Assembly: GCF_016127575.1 (NCBI RefSeq)
Contig: NZ_CP066018.1
Coordinates: 3,480,001-3,512,000, forward strand
DNA length: 32,000 nucleotides
Direction: 5' to 3'
Origin: Cupriavidus necator
GTDB lineage: Bacteria > Pseudomonadota > Gammaproteobacteria > Burkholderiales > Burkholderiaceae
The notes beneath the pieces are model-generated. The model was given only the letters and a program-made list of their open reading frames with translations. It searched no databases and was not told the DNA's origin. The number at the start of each line of letters is the position of its first letter. Within the stretch, counting starts at the first letter, position 1. The position numbers and the translations under genes are program-made. Positions 25,133 through 32,000 of the stretch are shown piece by piece.

Positions 25133-25885
25133 TCAACGCTCCGTCTGACGGCACCAGTAATCAAAAGTACCGTTGACGATCGAAGGCTTGAGCAGGTAGT
25201 CGTGAGCTTCACGGGCGAGATCGTCGGGTAGCGAGGTAAGCGGCCCGAAGGTACGGGCGCGCACCTGCATGCGGGCAGCGCGCTCCATGTAGACAGAAAG
25301 ATAGGTCGCTTCTTGCACGCTACAGCCGGTGCTCAACTGACCGTGGCTGGCCAGCAGGATCGAGCGGTTGCTGCCCAGAGCGCCGGATATGATCACGCCC
25401 TCCTGGTCAGCGATGGGAACGCCAGGCCATTCCGCAAGGAACGCGCAATCGTTGTGAAACGGCGTCATGTCCATTTGCGAGACGATTAGCGGTTGCTTGG
25501 CCGCGGCAAGTGCCGACACATACGGAGAATGCGTATGAATGATGCTATGGGTGTTGGGGCGATCGGCATAAACCCACAGATGGAACCGCGTTGCCGGATT
25601 AGCCATCCCAGTGCCGCTGAGGGTATTCAGGTCTTGGTCGACTTCTATAAAGTCGGCTTCGGTGGCTTCGTCAAAACCCAGACCGAAGCGCAGGGTCCAG
25701 TAGGCGCCTGGGCGCTCCGAGCGTGCACTGATCTGGCCAGCCAAGCCAGCTTCCTGCCCGGTCATGGCCAGGATGCGGCAAGCATAGGCCAGCGTTTGCT
25801 GCAGCGTGCGCTTGCGAGGCTTGAGATGGGCACGCATCTCCTGCGTTGCGCGTTCGTCGAAGTATTCCTTAGAGCGAAGTTCCAT
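25133..25885 (-). CDS. Class II aldolase / adducin N-terminal domain family protein
   Basis: Start assigned at ATG 25885 (MELRSKEYFDE…). The metal-ligand motif is SIIHTHSPYVSALAAA, followed later by LLASHGQLSTG. Length is about 250 aa. Confidence 0.85.
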   Translation of the reverse strand: MELRSKEYFDERATQEMRAHLKPRKRTLQQTLAYACRILAMTGQEAGLAGQISARSERPGAYWTLRFGLGFDEATEADFIEVDQDLNTLSGTGMANPATRFHLWVYADRPNTHSIIHTHSPYVSALAAAKQPLIVSQMDMTPFHNDCAFLAEWPGVPIADQEGVIISGALGSNRSILLASHGQLSTGCSVQEATYLSVYMERAARMQVRARTFGPLTSLPDDLAREAHDYLLKPSIVNGTFDYWCRQTER

Positions 25886-26084
25886 TTTGTTTCCAGTCGT
25901 ATTGGTTGCCGGGCGTAGACTGGGCCCGACGACTCCAGAACGCCTCTGCTGCCCCCCGTGGGGAGCACACTTTGGCGCCATCCCGACTTGGCCGGTGGGA
26001 TGTCGGTACGACTGGATTATGGGAAGTCAGAAGGGGCTGAGATAGCGCGGAGCGCTCATACTTCCTATGACTGGGCGTACTACC

Positions 26085-26957
26085 TCAGACTGTTTGAGCG
26101 ATCTTCAGCATGTGTTTTATCAGCGCTGTTTGAGCTCTTTCTCGCTTGGTAATGGCGACAACGCGCCGACTGAGACGAGGGTTTATTATGCGCACTCGTG
26201 ACAGCCCATAGTTCTCGAGCAGTTGCGTCGGTACTCGGTCTGGCAAAACGCACTGACCGCCGGTTGATGCGACGAGCCTGAGCATCGCATCGACCGTGTC
26301 CACTTCCGCCACGACATTTGTGTCCAATCTCTTCCTGTGCAGCATTCGTCTTAGCGCATAGTGCTCAGGAAAAGCGACAAGCGGTACTCTTTGCGCCTCT
26401 AGGTCGACCCCTTCGAGTGCGGCCAAGGGCGAATTTTGGCTGACGATCAACGTCATGACATCGTCGAATAGCGGCACGATTTCCACGGCATCCGAGGCTA
26501 CCGCTACGTCGTAAACAAAGCCTATATCCGCTTTGCCCGTCTCCACCAGCTCTACAACTTCCGGTGAACTCCGCCCCATGAGCGAGACGTTGGCATTTGG
26601 GCGCTGGCTCATGAATCGGGAGACAACATCTGGCATGAAGTAGTAGCTGAGGGTATGAATAACAGCCACTCGGAGGTTGCCTTGGCTGACTCCCTGCTCC
26701 TCGCACAACAGGAGAATCGTATTGTCGATAACGTCATATGCGGTCTGGGCGGCAGCCTGCAGTTTGTGGCCTGCGTCAGTAAGGGCGACCCCGCGCCCGT
26801 GGCGTTCGCACAATTTTTGACCTACTGCTGCCTCGAGGTGGGCCAGCTGACGGCTTAAGCCGGATTGGGTTAGACCAAGCGTCATTGCAGCGCCTGAAAT
26901 GGAGCGGGCCTGCGCTATCGCCAGGAATAGCCTTATCTGAGCATCTAAAGCCTTCAT
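26085..26957 (-). CDS. LysR-family transcriptional regulator
   Basis: The wHTH reads IRLFLAIAQARSISGAAMTLGLTQSGLSRQLAHLEAAVGQKLCERHGRGVALTDAG. The 290-aa length is typical of LysR regulators. Confidence 0.9.
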   Translation of the reverse strand: MKALDAQIRLFLAIAQARSISGAAMTLGLTQSGLSRQLAHLEAAVGQKLCERHGRGVALTDAGHKLQAAAQTAYDVIDNTILLLCEEQGVSQGNLRVAVIHTLSYYFMPDVVSRFMSQRPNANVSLMGRSSPEVVELVETGKADIGFVYDVAVASDAVEIVPLFDDVMTLIVSQNSPLAALEGVDLEAQRVPLVAFPEHYALRRMLHRKRLDTNVVAEVDTVDAMLRLVASTGGQCVLPDRVPTQLLENYGLSRVRIINPRLSRRVVAITKRERAQTALIKHMLKIAQTV

Positions 26958-27182
26958 AATTTTGGGGGTGTCCCTCTTCGGCTAGTTATGACGTTCAACC
27001 GTTCCGCCATTTCGAACCGACGTGGCTTCAGCGCTTTCCCGGTCGGAGCCCGCCATCCACTAGACTTTGGGCGTCAATGGATCCCGCTGTGGAGATCTTG
27101 CTGGATCCATCGCTCAACAGGCATCCGGCATTAACGCAAGTTCCGCACCATATGTGTATTGGTACTATGCCCGGTTTGATAG

Positions 27183-27320
27183 TCGACGACGGCGATGTAT
27201 CCCGGCATGTTCCATTCCTTGCCGTTCGATCCGATCAAGGACTTCGTGCCAGTCGGCATCTTCGGCATTGCGCCGATGGTAGTGGTCGGGCCCGGCTCGC
27301 CCATCGCCAGCTTCAAGGGC
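27183..27320 (+). pseudogene. Internal fragment of a Bug/TctC-family periplasmic solute-binding protein
   Basis: …YPGMFHSLPFDPIKDFVPVGIFGIAPMVVVGPGSPIASFK resembles the conserved NP.LY..LPYDP.KDF.P…P.VLVV.P..P..S.KE segment of Bug proteins. A stop codon lies immediately upstream (27180). There is no N-terminal or C-terminal remainder in any frame that I could recognise. Confidence 0.5.
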
Positions 27321-27519
27321 ATGCGCGCGAACGCCTCTGCCTTGCGGCCGTGCAGCAGCGCATGCATGCCTACTGCGTCGAGCCGAGCAAGCTGACGGGG
27401 GGGCCGCGAGACACGCCGGGTGCCGGGCGATCGCGGTGCCGGTAGAGGCGGAACGAGCAGGGTGTCAGGCGCGTTTTGTACACTATCAGGTCGATTCACC
27501 CGGCTGCAGACGCCCCCCT

Positions 27520-28851
27520 ATGAGTTTCGATGCCCTGCTGGAGTTGTTCCAGCAACGTATTCCAGCCCATCCGTGGGCCCAGATTGCCTCGTACCTGCTG
27601 GTGCTGGTGCTGATCGCCGTGGTCGCGCAGTGGCTGTTCGGCCACGTGATGTCGCGCATCGCCCATCGCTTGCTGACGGTCTGGGGCAAGGCGCCCTGGA
27701 GCAAGGCGCTGACGCGATATCGTGCCTATCGGCGCTTCGGCTATGCGGTCGGGTTCGGGGTGATCACCGTCGGCATCGGCGAAGTGCCGCACATGGGCCG
27801 CTATGCGCTGGCCATCGAGCGCCTGGCCCATGCCGGCCTGTGGATCTGCTTCTTCCTGATGCTTGGCGGCGTGCTGAGTGCCTGGCAGGACGTATACGCC
27901 AGCAGCCGCCAGGCGCAGACGCGCTCGATCAAGGGCTATATCCAGGTGGGGCGCCTCGGGCTGGGGCTGGTGTGCTCGGTGCTGGTGCTGTCGATCCTGA
28001 TCAACCGCTCGCCGCTGTGGATGCTGTCTGGCCTGGGCGCGCTGTCGGCGGTGCTGCTGCTGGTGTTCAAGGACACGCTGCTGTCGCTGGTGGCCAGTAC
28101 TCAGCTGACCTCCAACGACATGCTGCGCATCGGCGACTGGATCGAGATGCCCCAGTGCAATGCCGACGGCTACGTCAGGGACATCGCGCTGCATACCGTC
28201 AAGGTGCAGAACTGGGACAACACCGTGACCACGGTGCCGACCTACAAGCTGTTCTCCGAGAGCTACCGCAACTACCGGCAGATGTTCGAATCCGGCGCGC
28301 GGCGCATCAAGCGCACGTTGCGGCTGGATGCGGGCAGCGTGCGCTTCCTGGAGGACCGGGAAGTGCAGGCGCTGATGCGCTTCCGGCTGCTGCACGACTA
28401 CCTGGAGGAGAAGCAGGCCGAGGTCGACGAGGCCAACCGCCTGCTGATTGCCGCCGGCAATGACCCGGTCAACCGGCGCCGGCTGACCAATGTCGGCACC
28501 TTCCGCGCCTATGGCATTGCCTACCTGAAGGCGCACCCGGAGATCCACCACGATCTGCTGCTGAACGTGCGCATGATGGAGCCCGATTCGCAGGGCATCC
28601 CGGTGGAGATCTATTGCTTTACCGCGCTGACCGCGTGGATGGACTATGAGCGCATCCAGGGCGATGTCTTCGACCACCTGCTGGCGATCCTGCCCGAGCT
28701 GGGCCTGCGCCTGTACCAGGCGCCTTCAGGCGCGGACCTGACCGGCGTGCGCATCTCGCCGGTGCTGGCCGCGGCGCAGGTGGCGGCGGCACAGGCCGCC
28801 GTCCATCATGCGCCTGCCCACGGCGCCGCCGCGAGCAGCCATCCGATCTGA
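27520..28851 (+). CDS. Mechanosensitive ion channel, MscS family
   Basis: Start assigned at ATG 27520 (MSFDALLELFQ…). Several N-terminal TM segments are followed by the MscS core LVFKDTLLSLVASTQLTSNDMLRIGDWIEMPQCNADGYVRDIALHTVKVQNWDNTVTTVPTYKL. Confidence 0.85.
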   Translation: MSFDALLELFQQRIPAHPWAQIASYLLVLVLIAVVAQWLFGHVMSRIAHRLLTVWGKAPWSKALTRYRAYRRFGYAVGFGVITVGIGEVPHMGRYALAIERLAHAGLWICFFLMLGGVLSAWQDVYASSRQAQTRSIKGYIQVGRLGLGLVCSVLVLSILINRSPLWMLSGLGALSAVLLLVFKDTLLSLVASTQLTSNDMLRIGDWIEMPQCNADGYVRDIALHTVKVQNWDNTVTTVPTYKLFSESYRNYRQMFESGARRIKRTLRLDAGSVRFLEDREVQALMRFRLLHDYLEEKQAEVDEANRLLIAAGNDPVNRRRLTNVGTFRAYGIAYLKAHPEIHHDLLLNVRMMEPDSQGIPVEIYCFTALTAWMDYERIQGDVFDHLLAILPELGLRLYQAPSGADLTGVRISPVLAAAQVAAAQAAVHHAPAHGAAASSHPI

Positions 28852-28865
28852 GCTGCGCCTGACGC

Positions 28866-30071
28866 TCAGCCGACCGCGCGCGGACGCACGCGGCTGGCGG
28901 CTTCCTTGGCGCGGGTGCGGGCGGTGTCGACATCGTCGGCGTACGCCAGCGCCACGCCCATGCGGCGCTTGACGAAGCTCTCGGGCTTGCCGAACAGGCG
29001 CACCTCGGTCTGCGGCACGCTCAGTGCCTGGTCGACGCCATCGAAGACCACCCCCTGGGCATCCACGCCGCCGTAGATCACGGCGCTGGCGCCGGGGCTG
29101 CGCAGCGTGGTGTCGACCGGCAGGCCCAGGATGGCGCGGGCATGCAGCTCGAACTCGTTCTGCCATTGCGTGGCCATGGTGACCATGCCGGTGTCGTGCG
29201 GGCGCGGGCTGACTTCGCTGAACCAGACCTGCTCGCCCTTTACGAACAGCTCCACGCCGAACAGGCCCATGCCGCCCAGGTCTGCCGTGACCGCCTGCGC
29301 GATGCGCTGGGCGGTTTCCAGCGCGGCGGGGTGCATCGGCTGCGGCTGCCAGCTTTCGACGTAGTCGCCGCTGACCTGGACGTGGCCGATCGGAGCGCAG
29401 AACTGCGTTTCCACCTGGCCGCTGGCGCCCATGGCGCGCACGGTCAGCAGCGTGATCTCGTAGTCGAAATCGATAAAGCCTTCCACGATCACGCGGCCGT
29501 GGCTGACGCGGCCGCCGGCCATGGCGTAGTCCCAGGCCGCCTTGACGCCCTCGGGGCCGTCGATCTTGCTCTGGCCCTTGCCGGAGCTGCTCATCACCGG
29601 CTTGACCACGCACGGGTAGCCGATGCCGCCGTCGATGGCAGCCTGCAGTTCATCCAGCGAATCGCAGAACTTGTACGGGCTGGTGGGCAGGCCGAGCGAT
29701 TCGGCGGCCAGGCGGCGGATGCCTTCGCGGTCCATGGTCAGGCGCGCGGCGCGGGCGGTGGGGATCACACGCACGGTGCCGGCGGCTTCCAGGGTTTCCA
29801 GCATGGGCGTGGCGATGGCCTCGATCTCGGGCACGACCAGGTGCGGCTTTTCCGCCTCGATCAGCGCCTTGAGCTGGTCCGGGTCGCTCATGGCGATGGT
29901 GCGCGCGTGGTGGGCTACCTGCTGGCCGGGGGCATTGTCATAGCGGTCGACGGCGATGGTTTCCACGCCCAGGCGCTGCAATGCAATCAGCACTTCCTTG
30001 CCCAGCTCGCCGGAGCCGAGCAGCATCACTTTGGTGGCAGAGGGGGAGAGAGGCGTTCCGAGTGTGGTCAT
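28866..30071 (-). CDS. purT: Formate-dependent phosphoribosylglycinamide formyltransferase (GAR transformylase 2)
   Basis: [55 protein letters not shown] is colinear with the E. coli PurT N-terminus as I recall it (MTLLGTAL…[14 protein letters not shown]…). The 401-aa protein has an ATP-grasp fold. The track ORF extends 61 codons too far upstream. Confidence 0.95.
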   Translation of the reverse strand: MTTLGTPLSPSATKVMLLGSGELGKEVLIALQRLGVETIAVDRYDNAPGQQVAHHARTIAMSDPDQLKALIEAEKPHLVVPEIEAIATPMLETLEAAGTVRVIPTARAARLTMDREGIRRLAAESLGLPTSPYKFCDSLDELQAAIDGGIGYPCVVKPVMSSSGKGQSKIDGPEGVKAAWDYAMAGGRVSHGRVIVEGFIDFDYEITLLTVRAMGASGQVETQFCAPIGHVQVSGDYVESWQPQPMHPAALETAQRIAQAVTADLGGMGLFGVELFVKGEQVWFSEVSPRPHDTGMVTMATQWQNEFELHARAILGLPVDTTLRSPGASAVIYGGVDAQGVVFDGVDQALSVPQTEVRLFGKPESFVKRRMGVALAYADDVDTARTRAKEAASRVRPRAVG

Positions 30072-30208
30072 GGCAGCGGATGGGGCGGGAAGGAAAGCCG
30101 AGATTGTACGTGTTAGGGGACTGTCTTTGGCGCCGGCGAGCGCGCATATTGGTATGGGCCAGGGAAGGGCGCCTGGCGCGCGTGCCACCCAATTCAGCGA
30201 CGAACCAT

Positions 30209-30232
30209 AAAAAAACCCGCGCGGGGGCGGGC
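30209..30232 (-). terminator. Rho-independent terminator downstream of the MFS gene (upstream of the purT promoter region)
   Basis: The minus strand reads G-CCCGC-CCCCGC-GCGGG-TTTTTTT: a 5-bp GC stem, a 6-nt loop and a 7-T run. Confidence 0.6.
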
Positions 30233-30333
30233 TTGAAAAGGCCTGAGGATCCAAGACCGGACCGCTCAGTGTTCATGCTAGGTGCTAAGCGCGCGCTCCG
30301 CATCCCCCGTTCGGGGCGGCCCGGCACAGTGTT

Positions 30334-31578
30334 TCAGGACGTGGCCATCAGCGGCGGGCGCCGCCGCGTGGCCACGGCAAATGCAATTTGCGCCAGACCC
30401 GCGGCCAGCCCCAGCGTCACGCCGACCTGCCACGCCACGGTGTAGGAACCCAGCGCGTCGTAGACCAGCCCACCGCCGAAGGCGCCGAAAAAGCTGCCGA
30501 TCTGGTGGCTGAAGAACGCCACGCCGCCCAGCATGGCCTGCCAGCGCAGGCCGAAGGTCTCGGCGATCCAGCCCGATACCAGCGGCGCCACGCCCAGCCA
30601 CAGGAAGCCCATTACCGCGGCGAACACCAGCGTGCTCTGCGGCGTGGGCGCGGACGTGAAGTACCAGGTCAGCGCCAGCGAGCGAATCGTATAGATGCCG
30701 CCCAGCAGCATCAGCTTGTTGAAGCGGCCGCCGGCCCAGCCGAAGAAGATGCTGCCCAGCACGTTGAAGCCGCCGATCACGCCCAGCGCCTGCGCGCTCA
30801 GCATCGGGTCCATGCCGCACACGTCCAGATACGACGGCAGGTGCGTGGTCAGGAAGACCAGCTGCATGCCGCAGACGAAATACGCCAGCGCCATCACCAC
30901 GAACGGCGCGTGCCGCAGCGCGGTGCCCAGCGCTTCACGCGCGCTGTCCTGGCCGCGCCCTGCGGGCGACACCAGCGGCAGCCGGTCCACGCGCCCGGCA
31001 AACCACGCCGCGGGCAGCATCACCAGCGCCAGCAGCACGAACGCTGCCAGCCCGGCGCGCCAGCCGTAGGCCTGCGTCACCATCTGCCCGATCGGCGCCG
31101 CCAGCAGCGCGCCCAGCGAGCCCGCGCCAGACACCAGCCCCAGCACCGTGCTGCGCAGCGCCGCCGACACCGGCCGCGCCGCCACCGCCATCGCCAGGGC
31201 GCTGCCGGTGCAGGCCATCGACGCGCCGATGGCCACGCCCGCGCCCAGCGTGACGCCGACCATGCTGTGCGCGGTCGCCAGCAGCACCAGTCCGGTCACA
31301 TAGAGCAGCGAGCCGGCCAGCATCAGCGGCCGGAAGCCGATCCGCGTGGCCCAGGCCCCGGCCAGCGGCTGCAGCAGGCCCCACGCCAGGTTCTGTACCG
31401 CGATGGCGATGGTGAAATCCGATACCGAGATGCCGATGTCCCGCGTCAGCGGCGGCATGAAGATGCCAAGGCTCTGGCGCAGGCCCATGGCCAGGCTGAG
31501 CATCACGGAGGCGCCGATCAGGATCGGCAAGGCCGGGCGCAGGGCTTCGTAGCGGGAAGGCGCGGTGGGGGTAGGCAC
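30334..31578 (-). CDS. MFS transporter (unknown substrate)
   Basis: GTG start at 31578. The 414-aa protein is highly hydrophobic with a 12-TM-like pattern: …LAMGLRQSLGIFMPPLTRDIGISVSDFTIAIAVQNLAWGLLQPLAGAWATRIGFRP…. Confidence 0.85.
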   Translation of the reverse strand: MPTPTAPSRYEALRPALPILIGASVMLSLAMGLRQSLGIFMPPLTRDIGISVSDFTIAIAVQNLAWGLLQPLAGAWATRIGFRPLMLAGSLLYVTGLVLLATAHSMVGVTLGAGVAIGASMACTGSALAMAVAARPVSAALRSTVLGLVSGAGSLGALLAAPIGQMVTQAYGWRAGLAAFVLLALVMLPAAWFAGRVDRLPLVSPAGRGQDSAREALGTALRHAPFVVMALAYFVCGMQLVFLTTHLPSYLDVCGMDPMLSAQALGVIGGFNVLGSIFFGWAGGRFNKLMLLGGIYTIRSLALTWYFTSAPTPQSTLVFAAVMGFLWLGVAPLVSGWIAETFGLRWQAMLGGVAFFSHQIGSFFGAFGGGLVYDALGSYTVAWQVGVTLGLAAGLAQIAFAVATRRRPPLMATS

Positions 31579-31759
31579 GGTGTGGTCTCGTCGCTTGTCG
31601 TTATCGTTGTGAGCCCCGGGGCGCTTTCCATGTCTTTACATTTAAGCGTGCGCTGAATATACCGCAGGGTAGGGCGAGCGTATGCGCCAGGCTCAACCGT
31701 GTCAATTTGGCTTTGGGCGGGTCCGCCTTCCGCTTTGCCAAAGGCGGCCCCACACCTCG

Positions 31760-32000
31760 CTAGTCCAGACTGACCTTGGATGCCCGGATGGTCTCGCCCC
31801 AGCGCTTGATGTCGCCGCTGACCAGCGCGGCGAACTTCGGCTGCGGTTCGCCGCCAGGGATACCGCCCATGTCGCGGAACCTGGCCACCACCTCGGGGTC
31901 GCGCATGGCCTTGCCCAGCGCTTCCTGCAGCGTGGCGGCAATGGCCGGCGGGGTCCTGGCCGGCGCAAAGAAGCCCAGCCAGCCCATCACCACGAAATCC
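31760..32000 (-). CDS. Bug/TctC-family tripartite tricarboxylate transporter substrate-binding protein, C-terminal part (5' end outside window)
   Basis: The translation …GWLGFFAPARTPPAIAATLQEALGKAMRDPEVVARFRDMGGIPGGEPQPKFAALVSGDIKRWGETIRASKVSLD* is a typical Bug C-terminus. The frame stays open to the window edge. Confidence 0.75.
   Translation of the reverse strand, partial: DFVVMGWLGFFAPARTPPAIAATLQEALGKAMRDPEVVARFRDMGGIPGGEPQPKFAALVSGDIKRWGETIRASKVSLD

Larger units (their letters stand above)
22717..27182. other. Lower-GC four-gene cassette (probable horizontally acquired replacement segment)
   Basis: Hand GC counts of 60-nt lines inside the cassette give 50%, 50% and 57%, against 65% in the prp cluster. 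Codons ending in A/T are common here. The segment is bounded by truncated native genes on both sides. I saw no integrase, transposase or tRNA. Confidence 0.55.

Noticed and set aside
22739-27079. Shared GGGCG(CG)TCAA motif near both cassette ends (22739-22751 and 27069-27079), considered as a possible target-site duplication
   Set aside because: The match is short (about 9-11 nt) and imperfect. It is not positioned exactly at the inferred breakpoints. A match of this size between two 200-nt regions is plausible by chance.
27067-27499. Track ORFs 27067..27282, 27077..27445 (+) and 27131..27499 (-) in the region between the cassette LysR gene and the MscS gene
   Set aside because: The translations have no family resemblance apart from the short Bug-like segment in the 27195 frame. 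The region is better explained as decayed remnant DNA plus the mscS-family promoter region.
28848-28869. CTGAGC-N10-GCTCAG inverted repeat spanning the convergent mscS-family and purT stop codons, which are 14 nt apart
   Set aside because: The stem is only 6 bp with a 10-nt loop, and there is no U-tract on either strand. This is too weak to call a bidirectional terminator.
30072-30208. Possible purine/ZTP-type riboswitch or sigma54 site (GGGTGGCACGCGCGCCAGG) in the purT leader region
   Set aside because: I could not find the conserved ZTP elements as I remember them (GACUGGCG-type junction, CCGCCUGGGC 3' element). The TGGCAC is not followed by TTGC at N5. Only a plausible -10 (TACAAT; plus-strand ATTGTA at 30103-30108) is visible, without a convincing -35. 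An Rfam scan would settle it.
1-32000. Searched by eye for CRISPR arrays, tRNA/rRNA genes, IS elements or transposases, integrases, toxin-antitoxin pairs and known defence-system genes
   Set aside because: I saw no repeat-spacer arrays, no cloverleaf-like conserved tRNA segments, and no ORFs with transposase, integrase or defence-type motifs. Absence can only be confirmed with tRNAscan/Infernal, ISfinder and HMM searches.

Overview
This is a high-GC betaproteobacterial chromosome segment. One hand-counted 60-nt line in the prp cluster gives about 65% GC. Gene content suggests Cupriavidus/Ralstonia, but that is inference only: the prpR / prpB-prpC-acnD(acnM)-prpF-prpD order, Bug/TctC-family genes, and a GGGAGAGGGG-type palindromic intergenic repeat. 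Genes in order along the window:
- 1-5995: a 5'-truncated penicillin/AHL-acylase family gene; a translationally coupled GATase-MOSC pair; DUF1289; a PaaI thioesterase; a decayed CDF metal-efflux gene; an AhpD-like gene.
- 6119-8237: an AraC regulator and periplasmic asparaginase.
- 8465-18344: the complete 2-methylcitrate cycle cluster, with a near-consensus sigma54 promoter and divergent prpR.
- 18358-22569: a cysteine-synthase-family gene, an ABM monooxygenase, an HD-GYP phosphodiesterase, and a divergent LysR/SugE(Gdx) pair.
- About 22.7-27.2 kb: a roughly 4.5 kb lower-GC four-gene cassette (LysR, class II aldolase-fold enzyme, MHS transporter, HCCA-isomerase-like DsbA-fold protein). It sits between a C-terminal acyl-CoA dehydrogenase stub and an internal Bug-protein fragment.
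- 27520-32000: an MscS-family channel, purT, an MFS transporter and a 5'-truncated Bug gene.
I saw no rRNA, tRNA, CRISPR, transposase, integrase, phage or recognisable defence or toxin genes. I found no convincing wholly novel multi-gene system. The most unusual items are:
- the low-GC replacement cassette of unassigned function, with gene stubs at both junctions;
- the hairpin and terminator punctuation of the prp operon;
- an internally deleted CDF gene;
- a regulator ORF that reads through a REP-like palindrome;
- several unexplained operator-like dyads.
Many long ORFs in the track are antisense shadow ORFs typical of high-GC DNA and were not called.
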